A DNA stretch of 64,000 nt from Methanobacteriota archaeon (GTDB lineage: Archaea > Halobacteriota > Methanomicrobia > Methanomicrobiales > Methanoculleaceae): assembly GCA_023436625.1 (NCBI GenBank), contig JAEZIP010000057.1, positions 8,313 through 72,312 of the forward strand. The letters run 5' to 3'. The translations under genes and the position numbers were made by a program. Of the stretch, positions 18,456-27,753 are shown piece after piece. Position 1 is the first letter of the stretch, and each line of letters starts with the position of its first letter. Under the pieces are notes generated by a model. The model ran no database searches. It worked only from the letters and a program-made list of their open reading frames with translations, and had not been told where the DNA came from.

Positions 18456-18720
18456 CGCGACTCGCACCTCCGGTGCTCCAGCTCCGGCCGTTCCGGCAGT
18501 CGCGACCCGCACCTCCGGTGCTCGCGCTCCGGCTCGAAGCCTGGTGGCTTCTCAAGCTCCGGACGCTGTCCGTCGCACCCCGCACCTTCGGTGCTCGCGC
18601 TCCGTTCCTACGGAACGTCTCACCCTTCGGCCCGTTGCACCCTTCGGCCCGTCGCACTCGAAGACCTTCGGTCTTCTCAAGCTCCGGGCGTTCGCACCTG
18701 ATGGTGCTCACGCCCGTCGC
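18369..18720. repeat. GC-rich tandem repeat array (45-nt unit) built from short hairpins
   Basis: The core GC(A/G)CCT(T/C)CGGTGCTC occurs at 18374, 18419, 18464 and 18509 (exact 45-nt register). It recurs out of register at 18582 and, as GCACCTGATGGTGCTC, at 18694. CTTCTCAAGCTCCGG occurs at 18548 and 18673. Several 4-6 bp stems have 3-nt loops. Confidence 0.75.
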
Positions 18721-18819
18721 ATCCTCCTCCATGCGGCAGGTGGTGGTGCTCCGGCGGGATAGCGTTTCCGGGGGGAGAAGGTGAAAGATTTAATAAGGGC
18801 GTCCCGCAATGATTCATCC

Positions 18820-19320
18820 ATGCCGACTGATGAGAACGCTCAGAATGCGTACGCCGGGGAGTCCCAGGCGAACAGGAAGTACTCGGTCTTTGCAGAGAAG
18901 GCAGCCGCCGAAGGTTATCCAACCGTGGCAAAACTCTTCCGGGCGGCAAGCGAAGCGGAAGCCGTTCATGCGAAACGCCTTCTCTTCATCATGAACGCCG
19001 TCGGGAGCACCGAAGAGAACCTCAAAGGTGCAATGGAGGGGGAGAATTACGAGTTCATGGAGATGTATCCCGCGTTCGTCGCCGAGGCGAAGGAGGAGCG
19101 GAAGAACGAGGCATCGATCGTCTTTACCCACGCGATGAAGGCGGAAGAGGTGCACGCGAACCTCTACCTCCAGGCACTCGAGGCCGTCCGGGAGGGAAAA
19201 GATCTCGATACGGAGAAGGTCTACCTCTGTCCGGTCTGCGGCAACGTCGAACTCGGGACGGCGCCGGAGAAGTGTCCGATCTGCGGGGTTCCTGCGCGGA
19301 TGTTCCGCGAAATTCAATAA
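18820..19320 (+). CDS. rbr: rubrerythrin
   Basis: Diiron four-helix-bundle motifs (AGESQANRKY, EAEAVHAKR, EGENYEF, AEEVHANLY) plus a C-terminal rubredoxin-like CPVCG...CPICG. ATG at 18820. Confidence 0.9.
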   Translation: MPTDENAQNAYAGESQANRKYSVFAEKAAAEGYPTVAKLFRAASEAEAVHAKRLLFIMNAVGSTEENLKGAMEGENYEFMEMYPAFVAEAKEERKNEASIVFTHAMKAEEVHANLYLQALEAVREGKDLDTEKVYLCPVCGNVELGTAPEKCPICGVPARMFREIQ

Positions 19321-19410
19321 TCTCACTTTTTGGTCCGGCACAGCCGTGCCCGGGTTTGGCGAACCGCCTACCCTCACAAGTTAAATAGGGCTCCTGAGAT
19401 ATTCCACCCC

Positions 19411-20595
19411 ATGGCAGGTGTGAAGGTCTACACGACGGAGAACTGCCCCTACTGCCGGATGGTCCAGGCGTTCCTCAAGAAGAACGGCGTCGAATACGAG
19501 ATCGTCGACGTCGGGAAGGATCGCGAGGCGGCCCGGGAGATGATCCGGGTCTCGGGGCAGCGGGGGGTGCCGGTCACGGTCTCCGGCGACGAGATGATCA
19601 TCGGGTTCGATGCAAAGAGGCTCCGGGAACTCTTCGGGACGCCGGTGACGGATGAGATAGACGATGTGGTCGTCGTGGGCGCCGGGCCGGCCGGGATGAC
19701 GGCTGCGGTCTACTGTGGCAGGAAACTCATGAAGACCGTCGTCGTCTCGGAGAACATCGGCGGCCAGGCGGCCTGGAGCTGGGCGATCGAGAACTACATG
19801 GGCTTTCGGGTGATCACGGGAGAGGACCTCGTCGGAAAGTTCGAGGAGCAGGTCCGGGGGCTTAACGTCAGTCTCGAACTTGACAGCGTCGAGAGCATCA
19901 AAAAAGAGGGGGACGTCTTCCTCGTCAGGACGGCCTCCGGGAACACTTACCACTGCCGGACGGTCATCCTTGCCTCCGGAAAGCAGCCCCGCACCCTGGA
20001 TCTCCCGGGTGAGGACCGGCTGATGGGGAGGGGGGTCTCCGTCTGCTCGACCTGCGACGCCCCGTTCTTCCACGGCAGACCGGTCGCCGTCGTCGGCGGA
20101 GGAAACGCGGCGATCCAGACCGCCATCGAGTTGACCAGGATCGCGAGTTCCGTGGCCCTGATCGTCCGGAGCACCCTCCGGTGCGATGAGATCTACGTCC
20201 CCCGGGCAGAGGAGGTGGGCGTGCGGATCTTCCTCCACCACGAGGTGACGCAACTCCACGGCGACCAGACCCTGACCGGGATCACGATCCGCGACCGCCA
20301 GACCGGGAAGGAGACGGTCCTCGACGTGGAGGGACTCTTCCTCGCGATCGGGCTCGTGCCGAATACGGGGTTCCTCGGGGACCTGGTGAAGCTGAACGAG
20401 CGGGGCGAGATCGATATCGACGAGAACGGCCACACGAGCGTTCCCGGGATCTTCGCGGCCGGGGACGCGACCTGCGTCAAGGCCAAGCAGATCATCGTCG
20501 CCGCCGGTGATGGGGCGAAGGCGGCGCTCGAGGCGCACGAGTATTTCGAGCGTCTCATGAGCAAGCAGGCGAAAGAGCGGGTCGTCGCCACGTGA
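19411..20595 (+). CDS. glutaredoxin-like domain fused to a thioredoxin-reductase-like flavoprotein
   Basis: N-terminal VYTTENCPYCRMV (CPYC Grx fold). Then VVVVGAGPAGMTAA (FAD), redox CSTCDAPFF, VAVVGGGNAAIQTA and GIFAAGD. Start at ATG 19411. Confidence 0.85.
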   Translation: MAGVKVYTTENCPYCRMVQAFLKKNGVEYEIVDVGKDREAAREMIRVSGQRGVPVTVSGDEMIIGFDAKRLRELFGTPVTDEIDDVVVVGAGPAGMTAAVYCGRKLMKTVVVSENIGGQAAWSWAIENYMGFRVITGEDLVGKFEEQVRGLNVSLELDSVESIKKEGDVFLVRTASGNTYHCRTVILASGKQPRTLDLPGEDRLMGRGVSVCSTCDAPFFHGRPVAVVGGGNAAIQTAIELTRIASSVALIVRSTLRCDEIYVPRAEEVGVRIFLHHEVTQLHGDQTLTGITIRDRQTGKETVLDVEGLFLAIGLVPNTGFLGDLVKLNERGEIDIDENGHTSVPGIFAAGDATCVKAKQIIVAAGDGAKAALEAHEYFERLMSKQAKERVVAT

Positions 20596-20860
20596 GGCCG
20601 GCCTATATCCGGACGCCTTCGGCCGGAGTCCAGGGGGGTGAACAGGCTCTCCCTCCGGACCGTTTCGGCGGACGTTTCGTAACGGCTCAACCGGGCAATC
20701 GGTCGGGCTGAGGATGGCCGCTGCCCGGCTTTATGGTGCCGCTCGCGGAGACCGCCGGCCACTACCCGGTTGAGATCACTCCCCCATGGAAATCCCCCCG
20801 GGAGGGGACCCGGGCCGGTTCGCTCCCTGGCCAGCGCCCTCCGGCAAATTAACATTTTTC

Positions 20861-20887
20861 AGAATATTCAGAATATTCGGAATATTT
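20861..20887. promoter_or_regulatory. three tandem 9-bp repeats each containing the palindrome GAATATT(C), putative operator/TATA region
   Basis: AGAATATTC AGAATATTC GGAATATTT at 20861-20887, 29 nt upstream of the abrB-like start (20916). It is the only AT-rich patch in this intergenic region. Confidence 0.4.
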
Positions 20888-20915
20888 ATGTGCTTCTGCA
20901 GACCACTCTGATCCG

Positions 20916-21224
20916 GTGAGTCATATGGAAGATGCCCCGAAAGACGAGCGGAGTTCCTCCTGTTCCGGTGCCTGCACGATCGAGGCGGTCGTGAGCGTTG
21001 ACGCACGGGGGCAGGTGGTGCTTCCGAAAGATATCCGCGAACGGGCAGGGATCGCTCCCGGCGACCGGCTTGCGGTCGTCTTCCGGGGGAAGGAAGGAGA
21101 CGTCTGCTGCATCACGCTGATCAAGGCGAGCTGTTTCAACGGTATGGTGACGGCGCTGCTCTCTCCCATGACGGAGGAGATCGCAGGCAGAGGAGAACAA
21201 ACTGACCAGGAGTTATCGCGATGA
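20916..21224 (+). CDS. AbrB/SpoVT-family DNA-binding protein
   Basis: [28 protein letters not shown] is the swapped-hairpin SpoVT/AbrB signature. There is a 4-nt overlap with the arsM start. Confidence 0.75.
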   Translation: MSHMEDAPKDERSSSCSGACTIEAVVSVDARGQVVLPKDIRERAGIAPGDRLAVVFRGKEGDVCCITLIKASCFNGMVTALLSPMTEEIAGRGEQTDQELSR

Positions 21225-22078
21225 AGAAAGAAGATATTCACAAGCAGGTACGGAATGCATACGGGCAGGTGGCCGCCCGGCAGGGCGGATGCGGGTGCGG
21301 CACCGGGTGCTGCGGCACGGGGCGATCGGTCGAATCGGTGAGCCTCGGCATCGGCTACTCGGAGGAAGACCTCGAACAGGCGCCGGAGGGTGCGAACCTG
21401 GGGCTCGGGTGCGGCAACCCCGTGGCCCTCGCTTCGCTCCGGGAAGGCGAAATCGTCCTTGACCTGGGGTCGGGGGCGGGGTTCGACACCTTCCTTGCGG
21501 CGGAGCGTGTCGGCCCGACGGGCCGCGTCATCGGCGTCGACATGACGCCCGAGATGCTTGATAAAGCGCGGGAAAACGCAAAGAAGAGCGGGCGGACGAA
21601 CGTGGAGTTCCGTCTCGGCGAGATCGAGCACCTGCCGGTGGCGGACAGTTCGGTCGACGTGATCCTCTCAAACTGCGTCATCAACCTCTCCACCGATAAA
21701 CCGCAGGTGTTTAAAGAGGCGTTCCGGGTTCTCCGCCCCGGCGGCAGGCTCATGGTCTCCGACATCGTGCTGACGGCGCCCCTCCCGGCACCGCTCGCCG
21801 AATCGGCGCTTCTCTACAGCAGCTGCGTCGCGGGAGCGCTGGTGAAGGAGGAGTACCTCGGCAGTATCGCCGGTGCGGGCTTTACGGAGATCACGGTCCA
21901 GGGAGAGACGGTCTTCCCACTCGATCTCATCGTGAGCGAGCCGGAACTTGCCGCGCTCCTCGGGGAGTTCTCTCTCAGCGAGGCCGAGAGGGCGTCGATC
22001 GAAAAGAGCATCGTGAGCGTCAGGGTCGGCGCCAGAAAACCGGCCGGCTGTGGCTGCGGTTGCGGCGGGACGTGCTAG
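21221..22078 (+). CDS. arsM: arsenite S-adenosylmethionine methyltransferase
   Basis: SAM motif [11 protein letters not shown]. Conserved Cys contexts [15 protein letters not shown] and YSSCVAGA. Cys/Gly-rich N and C termini. Confidence 0.85.
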   Translation: MKKEDIHKQVRNAYGQVAARQGGCGCGTGCCGTGRSVESVSLGIGYSEEDLEQAPEGANLGLGCGNPVALASLREGEIVLDLGSGAGFDTFLAAERVGPTGRVIGVDMTPEMLDKARENAKKSGRTNVEFRLGEIEHLPVADSSVDVILSNCVINLSTDKPQVFKEAFRVLRPGGRLMVSDIVLTAPLPAPLAESALLYSSCVAGALVKEEYLGSIAGAGFTEITVQGETVFPLDLIVSEPELAALLGEFSLSEAERASIEKSIVSVRVGARKPAGCGCGCGGTC

Positions 22079-22094
22079 GGTCTTCTCATTTTTA

Positions 22095-22823
22095 ATGTCC
22101 AGGTACCCGGTTGGCCCTGCTCCCCACCGGGAGAGACACCCTTATCTCCCGGGAGCGACGATCCCCTGCCATGGTACGGTCGGAGGCGGTCGCGGATCAA
22201 CTCTCCGGGGTGACGGGCCGGTGATCGAGGAGCGGCTCCGGGCACGGACGAACGGGGCGCTCACGGGGATCGCGGTCCTCGTCGCCCGGACGGGGGCGAC
22301 CCCGAACACCCTCACCCTGCTCGGGTTCCTCGGGATGGCGGCCGCGGGGATCCTCTGCGCCGGAGGATCGTTCTTCTTCGCCGGGCTCGTGGTCGCCGCA
22401 TCCTGCGCCTTCGACGCACTCGACGGGGCGCTCGCCCGGGTGACCGGTGCCGCTTCGCTCTTTGGCGCGTTCTTCGACTCGTTCCTGGACCGCTACGCGG
22501 AGGCGGCGGTCTACGCCGGGCTGCTCGTTTATTACGCGGGGGCGGGGACGCCCTGGGGCGTCGAGGCCGCGTTTGCCGCCGCAGTCGGGTCGCTGATGGT
22601 CAGTTACGCCCGGGCCCGGGCCGAAGGGCTCGGGGTCGAGTGCCGGGCCGGGCTCTTCGCCCGGCCGGAGCGGATCGCGGTCATCATCGCCGGGCTGGTG
22701 ACGGGTTTCATCCTTCCTGCGCTCGTCATCCTCGCGGTCGCGACGAACGCCACCGCAATCAGGCGGCTCCTCTGCGTCCGGGGGGCTACGCTCTCCCCGT
22801 CACGGCCTCCTCGGTCGCCGTGA
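22095..22823 (+). CDS. CDP-alcohol phosphatidyltransferase family protein
   Basis: DALDGALAR...GAFFDSFLD matches D(x2)DG(x2)AR...G(x3)D(x3)D. Multiple TM helices. The start is uncertain (ATG 22095 or GTG 22221). Confidence 0.8.
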   Translation: MSRYPVGPAPHRERHPYLPGATIPCHGTVGGGRGSTLRGDGPVIEERLRARTNGALTGIAVLVARTGATPNTLTLLGFLGMAAAGILCAGGSFFFAGLVVAASCAFDALDGALARVTGAASLFGAFFDSFLDRYAEAAVYAGLLVYYAGAGTPWGVEAAFAAAVGSLMVSYARARAEGLGVECRAGLFARPERIAVIIAGLVTGFILPALVILAVATNATAIRRLLCVRGATLSPSRPPRSP

Positions 22824-25242
22824 ACTCTTCCATGCTGCCGACGATCCGGTAGTTCCCGGCGGTCTTCACGTCGTAGGGGTTGCCGGTCGTGGAGTAGGGG
22901 ACGATGAAGGTCCCGTTCTCGCTTACCTGCCGGTAGACGAACTCCCGCCCGGTGTTGGTGACGACCGTGGCCTCGATGACGCCCTCGCCCGCGATCACGG
23001 CGCCCTCGACGTGCTCGAAGATCTTTACGCTTGTTGCAGGGTCCGGCGAGGACTCGTAGACGAGCCGGTAGTGCTTGAGCGCCGGGAGGGTCGCGGGCGG
23101 ACTCGCGGCGTCGCTCCCGAAGACCGCGGCCTTACCCGGTCCCGTATAGGCCTCGACCGCGGCCTGCGCCTCGGCCGGTCTCATCTCCCGGCTCTCGGTA
23201 AGGAGCGGATACCCGGTCTCCGGGATCGACCTGGTGTCGTACTCGACGTAGAGTGCGTTCTCCGGCTCTACGAGCGTCCCATCAAGGGCCTGCAGCCGCA
23301 CCGCCATCGTCTCATAGTAGGCCTCCTTGTAGAACGATTCGATGCTGTAGGCGTTCTCTCTTCCCGGCACCGGCACGAGGAGTGCCGTCGCGTAGGGTGC
23401 GGTCCTCGCCGTCGCATTGTGCCAGTAGGCGATGGACGGGAACCCCTCGGCGGCCATCCTGCCGTCGGTGACGATGTAGCGGGAACCCGCCGCTGCGAGG
23501 GTTGTCCCGGCCCTTTCCTCCGTGGTGGCGAGGAAGAACCCGGTGGCCCGGGGAACGTGGTCCTGGAATGGGTTGGTGTTCGGTATCCGCTGCGCGATGA
23601 AGGTGATCCAGTGGCCGTAGTCCCACCAGGACATGACACCGTAGGACTCTTCTGGATAGGTGAAGCCATTCTTCTCGAAGATCGCGTAGTAGTCCACGCC
23701 GGGGTCGGGGGTATGAGCGTTCATCCACTCAAGCGCGCCGCGCCAGTCGTCGGCGAGGATGGTGCGGGGGACGCCGTTTGTGGCGTAGCCGATATTTTCG
23801 GAGGCCGATGCCCCGACGAGAAGGACGGCGAGGAGGACGGCGAGCACGACGGACGCGACTTCTGCGGTGGGGAGCGTTTTCTTCTTTTTCCTGCCTTCCG
23901 GTTCCCGGAGGAACGCGACCGTCTTGGGGAGCCCGTAACCGAGTGCCCACGCGATGACGACCGCCGCAAGGAGCGCGAGGTTCACGGCGAGGTAGTACTC
24001 GAACCGCAGGTGCTGGATGGTCGCAATCAGGATGACGACCGACCAGACGATAGTAAAGAGGAGTTCGGGCCGGTTCTCGCGCCGGACCCGGAGGGCGAGC
24101 ACGGCGAGCCCGGCGGGTATGAGAAGGAGGCCGACGTTGAAGCTCTGCCACGCGAGGGAGGCATCCCACGGTGCCATCTCCCGGATGGCGGTGGCCGACA
24201 TGTCCCGGCCGAAGAACGTTATAAGACCGTCGGTCATCGTCCTCCCGATATCGGTGAGCCCGAGGAAGGCGACGGCGGCGATCCCGAGCGCGGCAAGTGC
24301 GCCGAGGTATTCGTTCCGTCTTCCTTTGAGCGCCAGCGAGATGCCGGAGAGGAGGGCGGTCGCGGCGATCAGGAGGAGGTAGGCGTAGACGTGGCCGACG
24401 GAGTAGAGCGAGAGCGACATCCCGTCGACCATGAACCCGGATATGGGCAGGACGACCGCGGGAACAGCGAAGGCGACGGCGTTGACGATGAGGAGCCCCT
24501 CCGGCCCGGTGCCGTCGAGGTGGTTCCGGACGGCCTGGAGGATCGTGAAGACTCCGGCGATGAGCGCGAAGAGGATCATCGTCGGCATGACAAGGAGGCC
24601 GAGGAGGTAGGCAACCCCGGCGCCGAGGGCGAGGAGGGCGACGGGGAGGATGGTTTTCGTCTCCGCGAGCGTTACCGGGTGCCGGGCGGCGTACGCGAGC
24701 GCGGCGATGTAGGCGAGGGAGAAGAGGGTGGAGAAGAGAGTCTCGGCGACGTGATGGTCGACGAACCCGAAGATCGACCGCGCGAAGAACGATGCCGAGA
24801 CGATCGTGATGAGCCCGGCGGCGACGAGCCCGGTTGTTCTGTCGGCGAGGGTCTTTCCGGTGAGGTAGACCGCCGGGACGACGGCGGCCGCGAGGAGCGG
24901 GGGGACCCACGCGGCGACGTAAACAATCTCGGGCCGGGCGGCCGCCCCGGCGGCGATGCAGAGGGTGGCGGTGATGAGCGGGAAGAGCGGTCCCCAGGCG
25001 ATCTCTTTGCCTGTCGGGTAGGCGGTCATGGGGTCGAACCAGGCGTAGCCGGGGTAGTTCGCCGCGATCACCTCGACCTGGCGGAGGTTGTACCAGGCGT
25101 CGGTGCCGATGAGGCTGGTGAATGAGCCGTCGACGAGCGCGGCGTGGGGGATTGCCCGGAGGAGGACCGCCACGATCATGAAGAGGAGCAGCACGGCGGC
25201 GGTGAGGACGGTTTTATGTTCTTTTAGTGCAGCGGGAGCCAT
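22786..25242 (-). CDS. aglB: archaeal oligosaccharyltransferase AglB (STT3 family)
   Basis: About 13 N-terminal TM segments and a WWDYGHW catalytic motif in the C-terminal soluble domain. 818 aa. Confidence 0.93.
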   Translation of the reverse strand: MAPAALKEHKTVLTAAVLLLFMIVAVLLRAIPHAALVDGSFTSLIGTDAWYNLRQVEVIAANYPGYAWFDPMTAYPTGKEIAWGPLFPLITATLCIAAGAAARPEIVYVAAWVPPLLAAAVVPAVYLTGKTLADRTTGLVAAGLITIVSASFFARSIFGFVDHHVAETLFSTLFSLAYIAALAYAARHPVTLAETKTILPVALLALGAGVAYLLGLLVMPTMILFALIAGVFTILQAVRNHLDGTGPEGLLIVNAVAFAVPAVVLPISGFMVDGMSLSLYSVGHVYAYLLLIAATALLSGISLALKGRRNEYLGALAALGIAAVAFLGLTDIGRTMTDGLITFFGRDMSATAIREMAPWDASLAWQSFNVGLLLIPAGLAVLALRVRRENRPELLFTIVWSVVILIATIQHLRFEYYLAVNLALLAAVVIAWALGYGLPKTVAFLREPEGRKKKKTLPTAEVASVVLAVLLAVLLVGASASENIGYATNGVPRTILADDWRGALEWMNAHTPDPGVDYYAIFEKNGFTYPEESYGVMSWWDYGHWITFIAQRIPNTNPFQDHVPRATGFFLATTEERAGTTLAAAGSRYIVTDGRMAAEGFPSIAYWHNATARTAPYATALLVPVPGRENAYSIESFYKEAYYETMAVRLQALDGTLVEPENALYVEYDTRSIPETGYPLLTESREMRPAEAQAAVEAYTGPGKAAVFGSDAASPPATLPALKHYRLVYESSPDPATSVKIFEHVEGAVIAGEGVIEATVVTNTGREFVYRQVSENGTFIVPYSTTGNPYDVKTAGNYRIVGSMEEFTATEEAVTGRA

Positions 25243-25371
25243 AGGTCGTACGTTGATCTTGGGGGCGGCCGGTAATTAAGGGGTACTGCTGGGGACGGCA
25301 TCCCCGAACGAATACTTATTTCCCCCTCCTCCGGCAACCTATCCACAGGAGGGCACCCCCCGCCTGCAGCC

Positions 25372-26499
25372 ATGAAGATCGCCTATGTCTACGATGCCGT
25401 CTACCCCTGGGTGAAGGGCGGGGTCGAGAAGCGCATCCGCGAGGTCTCGGTCCGGCTTGCCGACCGGGGACATGAGGTCCACGTCTACGGGATGCGTTCC
25501 TGGGACGGTCCGACGACGATCGAGCGCGACGGGGTGGTGCTCCACGGTGTATGTCCGGTGGAGCCCCTCTATTCGGACGGTAGGCGGACGGTCCCGCAGG
25601 CGCTCCGGTTCGGCTCTTCGGTGCTCCGGCCGCTTCTCTCCTCCGGCGCCGACGTCGTCGACTGCCAGAACTTCCCCTACTTCTCCTGCTTTGCGGCGAA
25701 GGCAGCGTCGGTGCGGCGGGGATTCCCGCTCGTCGTCACCTGGCACGAGGTCTGGGGCGACTACTGGTACGACTATCTCGGACGGCGGGGAGCGTTCGGG
25801 AAGGCCGTCGAGCGGCTGACCGCCGGGCTCACCCCCCATCACATCGCGGTCTCGCCCTCGACGGCCCGGGCCCTCGAGGGCCTCGCGGTGCGAGGACCGG
25901 TCCCGGTCGTCCCGAACGGGATCGATCTTGCGGAGATCGCGACCGTCGCCCCGGCGGCGGAGGGATCCGACGTCATCTTCACCGGCCGGCTGATCCGGGA
26001 GAAGAACGTCGACCTCCTCCTCCGGGCGCTCGTGCCGCTCCGGGAGGAGGTTCCCGATCTCGGGGCCCTGATCGTCGGCGACGGCCCGGAGCGGCCGGCG
26101 CTCGAAGCCCTCGCGCGCGACCTCGGGCTTGACGGGGCGGTGACCTTCACCGGCTTTCTCCCCGACCATGACTCGGTCATCGCCGCGATGAAGGCTTCAA
26201 GGGTCTTCGTCCTCCCCTCGACCCGCGAGGGTTTCGGGATCGCGGCGCTGGAGGCGATGGCCTGCGGGTTGCCGGTGGTGACGACGGACCATCCCGGGAA
26301 CGCGGCGGGGGATCTCGTCGTGCCGGGGGTGAACGGGTTCTGTTGTGACCTCTCGGCGGGGGAGATGGGGGAGAAGATCCTGAAGGCGATCGGTTCTCCG
26401 GGTATCGACGGCAGCATGTGTGTGACGCTGGCAGAGTCTTACGACTGGAACCGCATCGTTGAAGCGCTCGAACAGCGGTACTTGTCTATCGTTCGGTAA
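25372..26499 (+). CDS. glycosyltransferase family 4 (GT-B)
   Basis: MKIAYVYD...GGVE N-terminus. C-terminal EGFGIAALEAMACGLPVV (E-x7-E region). Confidence 0.88.
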   Translation: MKIAYVYDAVYPWVKGGVEKRIREVSVRLADRGHEVHVYGMRSWDGPTTIERDGVVLHGVCPVEPLYSDGRRTVPQALRFGSSVLRPLLSSGADVVDCQNFPYFSCFAAKAASVRRGFPLVVTWHEVWGDYWYDYLGRRGAFGKAVERLTAGLTPHHIAVSPSTARALEGLAVRGPVPVVPNGIDLAEIATVAPAAEGSDVIFTGRLIREKNVDLLLRALVPLREEVPDLGALIVGDGPERPALEALARDLGLDGAVTFTGFLPDHDSVIAAMKASRVFVLPSTREGFGIAALEAMACGLPVVTTDHPGNAAGDLVVPGVNGFCCDLSAGEMGEKILKAIGSPGIDGSMCVTLAESYDWNRIVEALEQRYLSIVR

Positions 26500-26613
26500 G
26501 CTTCCGGGAAAACCGTACGGGGACGTTGAGATGGTAACAATTGTTGTAGGCTCCCAAATATCTTGGAAGACTTCAGCAGGGTAGATCCCCGACGTTCGCG
26601 ACGGAGTGTCACT

Positions 26614-27753
26614 ATGAGAATACTTCATGCCACTAAAAAATACCTGAACGCGATCGGTGGGGACGCCCGGGTTGTCTCCCATCTGGAGCAGGAACAGCAG
26701 CGCAGGGGTCATGAGGTATTCATTCTGACAGCCAACTGCCCGGAGATTGTGCGGAAAGAGAATGTTTTCCGGTTCGGGTTCAACGACAGGGCAGCCAGTC
26801 TGGATATGATTACGTTCAGAAGAATCCTCTCGCTCCTGATGCTGTCCGTCACCGGTTTCTTCCTCCTGCACCGCCTGAAACCGGATATTATCCATACCCA
26901 TTCCCCGGAGATCGGATATATCGTCTCTCTCCAGGCAGCGATCTTTCGTATCCCGGTGGTGAATACGTGCCACGGCGTCACCTTCTCCTATGAACAGTTC
27001 TCACCGATGAAACGCCGTGTTGAAACATTCTTTTTGAAATACGGGAAGTTCAAGGAGATTGTGACCGTTGACAGAAGCAGCCTCCCGTTCTTTGCCGGGC
27101 GTGCTATCAAAGGCGTCAGATATATCCCTAACGGGGTCAGCATCGAAGATTTTGCGAGGAGAGAACCGAGGGACTCACAGACTTCAGGCATTCGCTGCCT
27201 CTTCGTAGGCAGACTGGAGGAGCAGAAGGGCCTGAAGCATCTCATCCAGGCGTCAAAGCAGCTTTCGCAGGATATTCCGGATTACAGCCTCACCATCGTC
27301 GGAGAAGGCTCCCGGCGCGACGAACTGACCCGGATGATCACGGAGGCGGGTTTAAGCAATCGGATCCGGATCCTCGACCGGGTTGGTCTGGAGGAGTTGA
27401 AGGGATGGTATCACTCGTGCGATGTCTTTATCCTGCCGTCCATCTGGGAGGGCATGCCGCTGACCCTTCTGGAAGCGTGGGCGGCAGGTCTTCCTGCAAT
27501 TGTGACCTCTGTTGGGGATATTCCTTACCTCTGTAACGACAGGGAGAATGCCCTGATCGTTCGCCCCGGTGATCCCGGGGGTCTCTCAGACGCGGTGCAT
27601 CTCCTCGCCCGGGATGCGCAACTGCGGGATAACCTGGGCAAATGCGGTGAAAGAACCGTGAAAGGCGGCTACTCCTGGTCGAGCGTGGCGGACAGGTACC
27701 TGGATCTATACGACTCCGCCCGAGATCACGCCTCTCCACCCTCCCGGGGGTGA
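26614..27753 (+). CDS. glycosyltransferase family 4 (GT-B)
   Basis: MRILHATKKY...GGD N-terminus. EGMPLTLLEAWAAGLPAI. Start at ATG 26614. Confidence 0.88.
   Translation: MRILHATKKYLNAIGGDARVVSHLEQEQQRRGHEVFILTANCPEIVRKENVFRFGFNDRAASLDMITFRRILSLLMLSVTGFFLLHRLKPDIIHTHSPEIGYIVSLQAAIFRIPVVNTCHGVTFSYEQFSPMKRRVETFFLKYGKFKEIVTVDRSSLPFFAGRAIKGVRYIPNGVSIEDFARREPRDSQTSGIRCLFVGRLEEQKGLKHLIQASKQLSQDIPDYSLTIVGEGSRRDELTRMITEAGLSNRIRILDRVGLEELKGWYHSCDVFILPSIWEGMPLTLLEAWAAGLPAIVTSVGDIPYLCNDRENALIVRPGDPGGLSDAVHLLARDAQLRDNLGKCGERTVKGGYSWSSVADRYLDLYDSARDHASPPSRG

Noticed and set aside
18369-18720. Possible CRISPR array
   Set aside because: The units are directly adjacent (45-nt period) with no unique spacers, the repeats are imperfect, and no cas genes are present. 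It was annotated as a tandem repeat instead.
19381-20538. 385-aa ORF on the minus strand
   Set aside because: Antisense to the Grx-TrxR fusion gene, with high-GC shadow composition.
22786-22823. 38-nt convergent overlap of the aglB and CDP-alcohol phosphatidyltransferase 3-prime ends
   Set aside because: Both C-terminal tails are non-conserved. This is probably just tail-to-tail packing, and I could support no functional claim.
23011-25125. 704-aa ORF on the plus strand, and 393-aa ORF at 23729..24910 on the minus strand
   Set aside because: The first is antisense to aglB and the second is out of frame with it. Both are low-complexity Arg/Gly/Glu/Pro-rich with no motifs, whereas the aglB frame has TM helices and WWDYG.
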